From a virus (taxonomy: Duplodnaviria; Caudoviricetes): 33,320 nt of DNA. Positions 18,914-26,275 of the stretch are shown here, one piece after another. The notes beneath the pieces are model-generated. The model saw nothing but the letters and a program-made list of their open reading frames with translations. It was not told where the DNA came from and did not search any database. The stretch is taken from positions 1 to 33,320 of the IMG/VR virus record IMGVR_UViG_3300005764_000051. The stretch is one strand, 5' to 3'. Numbering within the stretch: the first letter of the stretch is position 1; each line of letters opens with the position of its first letter. A program made the position numbers and the translations under genes.

Positions 18914-19134
18914 GTATTCTCCGCAGTTCTTTTGCAATAAGAGGTTAGATCCCAATTTAATGAACCGGGCTCGTCCTCCGGGTCCATCGAGTACCAGAAA
19001 TCATCCGTATTGTTCATCACAAGTGAGTGCCAAAAAAGTTTGGCGGCTACTACCGGCAATAGTAACGTTGCGGCGTCATCGTAAGTATTTTGAGGTGTGT
19101 CGGTTCCGGATGACGGTTGTTATTGTTACAGTTT

Positions 19135-19175
19135 ACTGCCAGTAGAAAGCCAGCATAAAGCCAGCAAAACGCCAT
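19135..19175. repeat. Phased 11-bp direct repeats with GCCAG core
   Basis: AAAGCCAGCA at 19146 and 19157; cores GCCAG at 19138, 19149, 19160 and GCCAT at 19171. Confidence 0.7.
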
Positions 19176-19195
19176 ATTTATCTGTTTTTCTCCCA

Positions 19196-19224
19196 TTGAC
19201 GCCGGATACCGGCGGGCGTATAGT
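19196..19224 (+). promoter_or_regulatory. Sigma70-type promoter with palindrome in the spacer
   Basis: TTGACG-17 bp-TATAGT; CGCCGG-ATA-CCGGCG dyad at 19200-19214; in the only long intergenic gap, upstream of the early genes. Confidence 0.75.
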
Positions 19225-19320
19225 TATCGTGCCGTTGCGTAGTCGTCATGGGAGCACTAGGACGGCGGCGCGACGGATCAATCGACGAATTGCCGGTCCA
19301 GAGGGGGAGGGCGAGGAATC

Positions 19321-19581
19321 GTGTCTTTAAACGCTTCAGCGAATACTAGCGGCGGGCGCGGACCCGTCAAACTAACTACTAAGATCACGCGTCGCGCTAT
19401 GGCTCTACTCGAATTTGATTCTGAATCGAGGTGGGAGAACGAAGCGGCGCGGGCTCCATACGGCAAGATCATTTCGGAAGCTCTAGAGCAATTTCTCGGG
19501 CATCACTGGCCCGAAATCGAAAAGCGGAATCCGGCGTCCGCGGCGTCGGTCTCCGCCGTAAAGAAACGTCTCACCGCGTAA
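19321..19581 (+). CDS. Putative ribbon-helix-helix-like transcriptional regulator
   Basis: GAGGA RBS with GTG start; alternating strand 'VKLTTKIT' then helices ending 'GKIISEALEQFL'. Confidence 0.5.
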   Translation: MSLNASANTSGGRGPVKLTTKITRRAMALLEFDSESRWENEAARAPYGKIISEALEQFLGHHWPEIEKRNPASAASVSAVKKRLTA

Positions 19582-19625
19582 TCAATTCTCACCGGGGACC
19601 ATTTCACCCATTCAGTAGTGAGTGC

Positions 19626-19838
19626 ATGAGGATACGTGTGTCTCGACTCGAACTATGGGCGGCGATGCGCGCGGCGGACCGGCGGAGCGCGCAACGCGAG
19701 CGCAACCGTTACAGGTGCGACGTGTGCGGCGCGACCGGCGTCGCGTGGTTCGACCGGCAATGGTTATGCGGGCCGTGCCGTACGGCGCGGGCGCGGCAAA
19801 TCAGGGAGGAGGTGTACGGCGATGGCAAAAAACCTTGA
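19626..19838 (+). CDS. Small zinc-finger protein
   Basis: 'CDVCG...WLCGPC' two CxxC pairs. Confidence 0.6.
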   Translation: MRIRVSRLELWAAMRAADRRSAQRERNRYRCDVCGATGVAWFDRQWLCGPCRTARARQIREEVYGDGKKP

Positions 19839-20793
19839 GCTCCGGGGCATCGGCGGCTCGGACGTCGCGGCGATACTCGGCGTCGATCCGCGGCGCGACG
19901 CGTGGGCGGTGTGGGCGGAGATGACGGGACGCGCGGAGCGGCGACCGGCGACGCCGCGGATGCGGCTCGGGAAGTTTTTCGAGCGCGGCATCATCGACTA
20001 CTACGCGGCGCTCACCGGGCGGGACGTCGAGTTCGTCGATGAAACCCGGCGGGTCGAGGGGCGCGAATGGATGGTATGGACGCCGGACGCGCTATGCCGC
20101 GGCGAGCTCCGCGGCGTCGATGCGAAGCTCGTCTCCTGGGACCAGCGGTTCCTGTGGGGCGAAACCGCGGAGGATATCCCGGCGCGCGTGCAACTGCAAT
20201 GCGACTGGTATATGGCGGCGGCGGACTATCCCGCGTGGGACGTGGCGGCGCTCCTCGACATGGACGAGCCGCGGATTTACACCGTCGAGCGCGACCTCGA
20301 AATCGAGCGCGAAATGCTCGACCGGACGGAGGAGTTCTGGCGGCGGTACATCATCGGCAATGAGGAGCCGCAACCCGGCTCGTCGCCGGAGACGACCAGG
20401 ATTATCAAGGAGCGGTTTCCGCGGCAAAAGCTCGCGATGCGCGACGCGACGGAGGCGGAGTCCGGTCTCCTCGACGAATACGCGCTCGTACGGAGCGACG
20501 AGGAGGATATCACCGCGGAGCGGACCCGGCTCGAAAACACGATCAAACTCGCTATCGGCGAAGGCGACGGGCTCACATGGTTACGCGGCAAATTCACTTG
20601 GCGGAATGCGCGCGGCTCCGTCAAGGTGAATCACGAGGCGCTCGCGGAGTCGCTCATGCGCGGAATGGCGGAGGACGAAAAAACCGCGCTCCGGCGCGAG
20701 TACTCGGAGACCAAACCCGGCGTACGGCGCATACATTTTCACTGCAATCAGGCGGCGCAACCCGCCAAGGAGACGGCATGTCAGCAAGCGTAA
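19822..20793 (+). CDS. YqaJ-family (lambda exonuclease-like) recombination nuclease
   Basis: GGAGG RBS; 'GIGGSDVAAILG', 'G..FE..I', 'TPD', 'DAK', 'QLQCDWYM' motifs. Confidence 0.92.
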   Translation: MAKNLELRGIGGSDVAAILGVDPRRDAWAVWAEMTGRAERRPATPRMRLGKFFERGIIDYYAALTGRDVEFVDETRRVEGREWMVWTPDALCRGELRGVDAKLVSWDQRFLWGETAEDIPARVQLQCDWYMAAADYPAWDVAALLDMDEPRIYTVERDLEIEREMLDRTEEFWRRYIIGNEEPQPGSSPETTRIIKERFPRQKLAMRDATEAESGLLDEYALVRSDEEDITAERTRLENTIKLAIGEGDGLTWLRGKFTWRNARGSVKVNHEALAESLMRGMAEDEKTALRREYSETKPGVRRIHFHCNQAAQPAKETACQQA

Positions 20794-21794
20794 ATGAAAC
20801 CGGGGCGGGTCCGGCGGGCTCGGTCGCCGTCCGCGAGGATACGTGGGGACAGGAGGTCGTCGCGCAAGGCGACCTCACTCCGGCGGCGGCGGCGGCGTCC
20901 GCGCGGGCGCGCATCGAGGCGCGCGTCGTCATCGCCATGAAATCGCCGCGGGACGAGGACCTGTTCGCGCAACAGATACAGCTACTCTGCAAACGTCCGT
21001 CGTTTGCCGCGACGGCGCTCTATTGCCGTCCGGTCGGACGCAAGAAAAACGCACAAGGGGAATGGGAAGAGGCGTACGCCGTCGATTGGTCGATCAAAGC
21101 GATACAGGCGTTTCTCCGTCACTACCGGCATGTGGATACGCGGGCGAGCATCGTTTACGACGATGTTACTAAGACGTGCCTCTCGGTCGAGGTCCTCGAC
21201 ATACAGGCGAACGTGTCGCATACCCGCGAGATGATGCTCGAAAAGACGGTCGAGCGGCGGCAACTCAAAAAGGGACAACGCGCGCTCCGGATGCGCGAGA
21301 ACACGTACGGCGACACGGTCTATATCGTCGAGGCGACGCCGGAGGAGTTCCGGAGTAAGCTCGGCGCGGAAACCAGCAAGTTACTCCGCGACAACGGCAA
21401 GCGGTTACTCCCGGCGGACATTCTGGAGGAGGCGCGCGCGACCGTGGACACCGTCAACGACGACCAGAATGCGCGCGACCCGGACGCCGCGAAAAAGAAA
21501 ATCCTGAAAAAGTTCGCCTCAGTCGGCGTCGCCGCGGACCAGCTAAAGGCGTATCTCGACCGTCCGATTGAGGCTCTCACCGTCAAGGACCTCGCGGAGC
21601 TCGGCGTTCTGTTCAACGGATTGAAGGAGGGCGATTTCTCATGGGCGGACGTCATGCGGATGAAAACCGAACCGGCGGAGGAACCCGCGGCGACCGGCGC
21701 TCCGGCTCCGGAGGCGGAGGGGAAACGGGCAAAGCTCAAGGACCAGATTTCCAAAGCGCGCGAGGCGAAAACCGAACCGCAAGTTAAGGAGTGA
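20778..21794 (+). CDS. Phage protein, probable single-strand annealing recombinase partner of YqaJ
   Basis: AAGGAG RBS; 'IEARVVIAMKSPRDE' N-terminal motif; occupies the usual RecT/Red-beta position. Function inferred from synteny. Confidence 0.55.
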   Translation: MSASVNETGAGPAGSVAVREDTWGQEVVAQGDLTPAAAAASARARIEARVVIAMKSPRDEDLFAQQIQLLCKRPSFAATALYCRPVGRKKNAQGEWEEAYAVDWSIKAIQAFLRHYRHVDTRASIVYDDVTKTCLSVEVLDIQANVSHTREMMLEKTVERRQLKKGQRALRMRENTYGDTVYIVEATPEEFRSKLGAETSKLLRDNGKRLLPADILEEARATVDTVNDDQNARDPDAAKKKILKKFASVGVAADQLKAYLDRPIEALTVKDLAELGVLFNGLKEGDFSWADVMRMKTEPAEEPAATGAPAPEAEGKRAKLKDQISKAREAKTEPQVKE

Positions 21795-21796
21795 CT

Positions 21797-22048
21797 ATGG
21801 ACGCTACGGCTACAACCCAGGAACGCGAACGCAAAACACAGTACGACCGCGGACACGAGGAGGCGGTCGAGAAATTCACGCTCATCCTCTCGATGTGCAT
21901 CGACTTTTACCCGGCGGCTCCAAGCGCATCAACGCTCGCGCTCCTCGGGCCGGAGAACGCGGCGCTCTGCGATACGGTCGTCGCGCAACTCCGCCGGTTT
22001 GCCGCAAACGTGAAGCGCAACAAGACGGCGGCGGAGGCGGCGGCGTGA
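21797..22048 (+). CDS. Hypothetical protein
   Basis: AAGGAG RBS; GTGA overlap with next ORF. Confidence 0.65.
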   Translation: MDATATTQERERKTQYDRGHEEAVEKFTLILSMCIDFYPAAPSASTLALLGPENAALCDTVVAQLRRFAANVKRNKTAAEAAA

Positions 22049-22248
22049 CGGAGCTCAAGGAGACGCCGCTCCGGCGCAAGACGGCGGCGCTCTACCGCGG
22101 GCGGGCGCTCGTCGTTCGATTGCATCCGCGTTACCTCGAAATCGGCGAGGAGCGGCATCAACTGTTCGCGGTTCCATACGATGCGCTCTATGAAACCGCG
22201 CTCCGGCTCCAGGCGCGGCGCAACGAGGAGGAAAGGCGGCGGGCGTGA
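22045..22248 (+). CDS. Hypothetical protein
   Basis: GGAGG RBS; GTGA overlaps at both ends. Confidence 0.65.
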   Translation: MTELKETPLRRKTAALYRGRALVVRLHPRYLEIGEERHQLFAVPYDALYETALRLQARRNEEERRRA

Positions 22249-22610
22249 GAACATTCGAGACGATTAAATATCCGCTCAATGAGCAAGAGCTCCGCGAGCT
22301 CGGCGACGCGCTCGCGCGCGAAACCGCGGGCGTAATTGACCTCGAAAAGAAGAAGACGGCGCGCGCGGCGGAGATATCGGCGCAGATCAAACAGGCAAAC
22401 CGGCGATGCGCGGAGCTCGCGGCGAAAATCAATAGCCGTTTCGAGATGCGGCAAATGGAAGTGCTTGTCCTGTTCGATACTCCGCGGGTCGGCATGAAAC
22501 GCGTCGTTTCCGCTCTCACGAGCGAGGTTTTATACGAGTCGGAAATGACGGCGGCGGAGCGGCAACGGACGTTCGGGTTTACGGACCCGGACGAACCATC
22601 GGAGTCTTAA
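22245..22610 (+). CDS. Hypothetical coiled-coil phage protein
   Basis: GAGGA RBS; N-terminal coiled coil, C-terminal 'EMTAAERQ'. Confidence 0.75.
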   Translation: MRTFETIKYPLNEQELRELGDALARETAGVIDLEKKKTARAAEISAQIKQANRRCAELAAKINSRFEMRQMEVLVLFDTPRVGMKRVVSALTSEVLYESEMTAAERQRTFGFTDPDEPSES

Positions 22611-22617
22611 ACAACCC

Positions 22618-22692
22618 GGCGGGGTATGGCAAGGTCGGGCATGGCATGGTCGAGTCTGGCGATGCACGGTAAGGCGATGCAAGGCGAGGCGA
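22618..22692 (+). repeat. Degenerate pentanucleotide array (GGY-NN) x15, candidate ncRNA
   Basis: GGCGG GGTAT GGCAA GGTCG GGCAT GGCAT GGTCG AGTCT GGCGA TGCAC GGTAA GGCGA TGCAA GGCGA GGCGA. Confidence 0.85.
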
Positions 22693-22865
22693 GGGATGTA
22701 ATCGACGATGCTCCGGCGACCTGTTCGCGGTGCGGGTCCGATGCTCTGGAGGGCGTCGAGCACGAGGATTTTACCGGCGTCGAGATGGACGGGTTCCGCG
22801 AGAGGCGCTTATGGCGCGGCTACCGTTGCCTCGATTGCGGCAACGTCGAGGAGGACCGCTCATGA
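22677..22865 (+). CDS. Small zinc-ribbon protein (start uncertain; ORF extends back to 22626 through the array)
   Basis: 'CSRCG...YRCLDCG'; ATGA overlap with next ORF. Confidence 0.55.
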   Translation: MQGEARDVIDDAPATCSRCGSDALEGVEHEDFTGVEMDGFRERRLWRGYRCLDCGNVEEDRS

Positions 22866-23029
22866 CGGGCGTCCTTCGCGTGGTTCTCTACATCGTCGGC
22901 GTGCTCCTGGCGGGACTCGGCGCGGCGCTCGTCGCGGTCGCGGTCGTTCTGGAATTCAAGCGATTGCGGCGGCGGCGGACTGACCGGGCGTGGGGGAGAT
23001 GCGAACGGGAATGGTGGGGGAGACGATGA
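22862..23029 (+). CDS. Small single-TM membrane protein
   Basis: GAGGA RBS; hydrophobic stretch followed by 'KRLRRRR'; ATGA overlaps at both ends. Confidence 0.6.
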   Translation: MTGVLRVVLYIVGVLLAGLGAALVAVAVVLEFKRLRRRRTDRAWGRCEREWWGRR

Positions 23030-24393
23030 CGGCGATTCCGATAGATGGTAAGCAAAAGACGCTAGCGGTCGAGGAGGTTGTATTTCGCGAGGACCTCTAC
23101 CCGCGAATTAAGAAAAGCGCGGAGACCGTGCAAAAGTACGCGGAGACGCTCGACGTTCTTCCGCCTATCGAAGTGAACCAGCATAACGAGCTCATCGACG
23201 GGTGGAACCGATGGACGGCGCATAAAAAAGTCGGCGCGGAACGCATCGCGGTTATAGTGACGCCGACGACGAGCGACATGGAGTTATTGGAGCTCGCGAT
23301 TGAACGGAACGCGAAATATGGATTGCAGTTATCGCAAGAGGATAAACGAGACATGGCGCGGCGTATCTATGGGGAGACGCCGACGGCGGACCAAGGGAAG
23401 AAAAAACAGCGGCTCGCGGCGATACTGTCGGTCGATATTACGACCGTTCAAAAATGGCTTTCGCGCATCGACAAGGATAACCGCGAACGGCGCGACGCCA
23501 CGGTTTTCGAGCTCTGGCTCGCCTGTCACACCGAACAGGAAATAGCGGACAAGGTCGGGATGGGACGCGATGCCGTTCATGATGTTTTGTGCCAATACGG
23601 AAGTTTCCGTTTAGGCACAAATCCCGGCGATTTCTCCGAAATCGAGGACGAGGCGGAGCGGCTCGCGGAAATCGAGAGGACCAATCGCGCGGCGGCGGAG
23701 TATAGAACCGATTTCGAGGTCCCGATTTATAACGTCTGGAAACAACAGAACAAGAGCGACGGCCCTAAGCATTTCGGCAACTCGGAGGCGCGATGGCTCG
23801 ATAACCTCCTCTATCTCTACACGCAACCTTTCGAGGTCGTCATCGACCCGTTTGCGGGCGGCGGTTCGGCTATCGACGTTTGCAAAAAGCGACTCCGCCG
23901 TTATTGGGCGAGCGACCGTAAACCCATCGTCGAGCGCGAGCATGAGATACGAAAGCACGATCTAACAGAGGGACTCCCGGCGCTCCCGCGGTGGGCGGAC
24001 GTCGCGCTCGTGTATCTCGACCCGCCGTACTGGAAACAGGCGGAGGGGCAGTACAGCGAAGATGCGGAGGACCTCGCGAATATGGAGCTCGGCGCGTTTA
24101 CTAAAACCCTCGCGCGCATCATCAGCGATTTTTCAAAGAAACTGAAACCCGGCGCGGCAATTGCATTACTCATGCAACCTACACAATGGAACGCTCCGGA
24201 GCGCGCGTATACGGACCATATCCTCGACGTCGCGCGCGAGCTCAACGGCGCAAAAAGACTCCGGCTTGATATGCGGTTTTCGGCTCCGTACGAGTCGCAA
24301 CAATGTAACGCGCAGATGGTCGAGTGGGCCAAAGAAAACCGGCGGTGTCTCGTCCTCACGCGTGAAATCGTGGTCTGGAGAGTCGCGGCATGA
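23026..24393 (+). CDS. ParB-like N-terminal domain / HTH / amino-DNA methyltransferase fusion
   Basis: 'LPPIEV...LIDGWNRWTA' (ParB/Srx-like), HTH-like 'LAAILSVDITTVQKWL' and 'TEQEIADKVGM', SAM motif I 'IDPFAGGGS', motif IV 'LDPPYW'. Confidence 0.85.
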   Translation: MTAIPIDGKQKTLAVEEVVFREDLYPRIKKSAETVQKYAETLDVLPPIEVNQHNELIDGWNRWTAHKKVGAERIAVIVTPTTSDMELLELAIERNAKYGLQLSQEDKRDMARRIYGETPTADQGKKKQRLAAILSVDITTVQKWLSRIDKDNRERRDATVFELWLACHTEQEIADKVGMGRDAVHDVLCQYGSFRLGTNPGDFSEIEDEAERLAEIERTNRAAAEYRTDFEVPIYNVWKQQNKSDGPKHFGNSEARWLDNLLYLYTQPFEVVIDPFAGGGSAIDVCKKRLRRYWASDRKPIVEREHEIRKHDLTEGLPALPRWADVALVYLDPPYWKQAEGQYSEDAEDLANMELGAFTKTLARIISDFSKKLKPGAAIALLMQPTQWNAPERAYTDHILDVARELNGAKRLRLDMRFSAPYESQQCNAQMVEWAKENRRCLVLTREIVVWRVAA

Positions 24394-24872
24394 TGGAAGA
24401 ACAGACCGGCAAACGCGACCCGGCGTACTCGGAATGGCATCGTCCGCGGTCCATCGGTCGCTATCTCAGCAATCCTGATATTGCATTCCGGCTTTGCTTG
24501 ATTGACGTCGATAACATCATCTGGATTGAGGCGGACAATGAAACGTACGAACCGCTCGCGCTAATCGAGACGGCTCGCGACAAAGGCCAGCACAAGAGCG
24601 GAAAAATCATCGGAAACCTCGCGCGCCGATGCGCTCCACAGGTCGCGGCGTTCAACGTTCTTTATACCGTCGGCGAGGTCCGGAACCCGTATGCCAAACA
24701 GGATGTTCCGGATATAACGGCGTTTCGCATCCGGCGATTGTTTCCAAACCCGGAGCAACTATACCGCTCATTCAACCCTCGGCAGTACGCGGAGTGGCTC
24801 GTACAGCTACGGCAGGGACTCGCGCGCGGCTTATGGCGGAGCGACGGTTTCCAATTTGGAGAGGACTCATGA
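24390..24872 (+). CDS. Hypothetical protein, possibly a degenerate PD-(D/E)XK fold
   Basis: 'YSEWHR...IDVD..IWIE....PLALIETA'; ATGA-coupled to the methyltransferase. Confidence 0.5.
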   Translation: MMEEQTGKRDPAYSEWHRPRSIGRYLSNPDIAFRLCLIDVDNIIWIEADNETYEPLALIETARDKGQHKSGKIIGNLARRCAPQVAAFNVLYTVGEVRNPYAKQDVPDITAFRIRRLFPNPEQLYRSFNPRQYAEWLVQLRQGLARGLWRSDGFQFGEDS

Positions 24873-25366
24873 CTCTCGGCGACGTCTACCGGGCGCTATT
24901 TCCCGACGAGCTCTACATCGACGATGCCGCGGCGCTCGCCGAAATCCGGATGGAAGTCGAGACGCTCCGCGAGCAACTGTCTATCCGGCTCCGCGACCTC
25001 CGGCAAATGCTCATCGAGCATATCCGGCGCTCGCGCGGCGAGGACGGGCTCGCAGTTCTCCTGTGGCTCTCGCGGGACCTCGCCGAACAGGAGAAGCTCA
25101 TCCTCGGGCGCGGCAAGGTTCCGGCGGCGCGGAGCCGCGACGAAATCCAGCGGGCACATGATATCCTCGGCGCGGTTATCCTGAACCCGACCATCTGCGG
25201 CGCGATTTACGGGTCGAACGCGGAGGAGACGTTACCACAAATCGTGTGCAATATGGACGTGCTTTGTTGGGCGCTCGGGCACGATCATATCAAGACGTTC
25301 GGCGAGAACCTCGCGACCATCGAAACATCGTTTGAGCAACTCGGTCTAGAGATGGTCGATACATAG
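24869..25366 (+). CDS. Hypothetical protein
   Basis: GAGGA RBS; ATGA overlap; 165 aa. Confidence 0.7.
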   Translation: MTLGDVYRALFPDELYIDDAAALAEIRMEVETLREQLSIRLRDLRQMLIEHIRRSRGEDGLAVLLWLSRDLAEQEKLILGRGKVPAARSRDEIQRAHDILGAVILNPTICGAIYGSNAEETLPQIVCNMDVLCWALGHDHIKTFGENLATIETSFEQLGLEMVDT

Positions 25367-25384
25367 GAGATGCGATAATGAAGC

Positions 25385-25558
25385 ATGATTACATCTCTGA
25401 TCAAACAGCTAACCCTGAAGTGCAACCGATGCGCGCATATGTGGCTCCGGCGGACCGCGGAAACTCCGGCGCAATGCCCCAAATGCAAATCAAAGTACTG
25501 GAACGCGCCGCGGGTCCGGAAACTCCGCAAGGACCGGCGAGCGGTGCGGCGTGCGTAA
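25385..25558 (+). CDS. 57-aa zinc-ribbon microprotein (not in ORF track)
   Basis: Manual translation MITSLIKQLTLKCNRCAHMWLRRTAETPAQCPKCKSKYWNAPRVRK... Confidence 0.8.
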   Translation: MITSLIKQLTLKCNRCAHMWLRRTAETPAQCPKCKSKYWNAPRVRKLRKDRRAVRRA

Positions 25559-25817
25559 GCTCTGGAGAAACCGCACGTCGATGCTTTCCGATTTCGCGCT
25601 ATTCGACGCGGAGGCGGAGGCGGTGATGCGCGAGGCGGCGGACCAGGAGCGGCGCAAGGTGTCGCGCGAGGATATCGAGCTCATGCTCCAAATCGCGCGC
25701 AAACGGCAAGCGGTAATCCTGGCGATGAAAGACTCGCTCCTCGCGGGCGACGACGCCGCGGCGCTCCGGTACGCGCGGCAAGTGTGCGGATTGCCGGAGG
25801 CGGAGGTCGAGGGATGA
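25551..25817 (+). CDS. Hypothetical protein
   Basis: Helical ORF overlapping neighbours; start may be ATG 25581. Confidence 0.6.
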   Translation: MRKLWRNRTSMLSDFALFDAEAEAVMREAADQERRKVSREDIELMLQIARKRQAVILAMKDSLLAGDDAAALRYARQVCGLPEAEVEG

Positions 25818-26047
25818 CGTTTAGCGGTTACGTGTACCTCGTCGAGGAATACCGCGGCGTCGAGGGATGGGTTCCGGCGGGCAAACCCTGTCTCACGGAG
25901 GAGGCCGCGGTCCGGCGGCTCGCGGCGATGCGGCGGCGGCGGCGGGACCTCCATTTCCAGGTCGGGCTATACGAGCGCGTCGAGCGACCGGCGCTCCCGG
26001 CGGACGCGACGGTACGGGACCTGCGGACCGCGGAGGCTACGGGATGA
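25814..26047 (+). CDS. Hypothetical protein
   Basis: GGAGG RBS; ATGA overlaps at both ends. Confidence 0.6.
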   Translation: MTFSGYVYLVEEYRGVEGWVPAGKPCLTEEAAVRRLAAMRRRRRDLHFQVGLYERVERPALPADATVRDLRTAEATG

Positions 26048-26262
26048 GGCGACCGCTCGACGCGGAGGAGGCTATCCGGCGATTATTGCGGCGGCTCCGC
26101 GGTCCGTTCCGTTGCGCGCAATGCGGCGGGCGGGTAATCATCGGGCTCTCCGCGGAAGCGCGTTTTTACGAGGCGGACCTGTCGCCTCACATATGCCGCG
26201 GACCGGCGCGATTACCGCGGATCGGTGCTAGCGCGGTCGTTGCGCCAAGTCGCATATCATGA
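26044..26262 (+). CDS. Hypothetical protein, possible Zn-binding (CAQC...HIC)
   Basis: GGAGG RBS; ATGA overlap. Confidence 0.55.
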   Translation: MRRPLDAEEAIRRLLRRLRGPFRCAQCGGRVIIGLSAEARFYEADLSPHICRGPARLPRIGASAVVAPSRIS

Positions 26263-26275
26263 TATGCTTAAGACA
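26240..26275 (+). promoter_or_regulatory. Putative leaderless integrase promoter with perfect 16-bp palindromic operator
   Basis: TTGCGC-17 bp-TATGCT with extended TGn; ATG 6 nt downstream and no SD; GCATATCATGATATGC at 26252-26267. Confidence 0.65.

Noticed and set aside
18865-19121. Minus-strand ORF in the control region as a divergent repressor
   Set aside because: Only a weak TTG or internal start, no RBS, no HTH pattern, and it overlaps the 3' end of the upstream gene
25378-25626. 82-aa ORF listed in the track
   Set aside because: The overlapping frame 25385-25558 encodes a clear four-Cys zinc ribbon and fits the gene packing better
26252-26267. Palindrome upstream of int as the attP
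   Set aside because: Only 16 bp, perfectly symmetric and positioned on promoter elements; the 48-bp dyad at 27865-27912 fits serine-integrase attP architecture better, though this is not fully excluded
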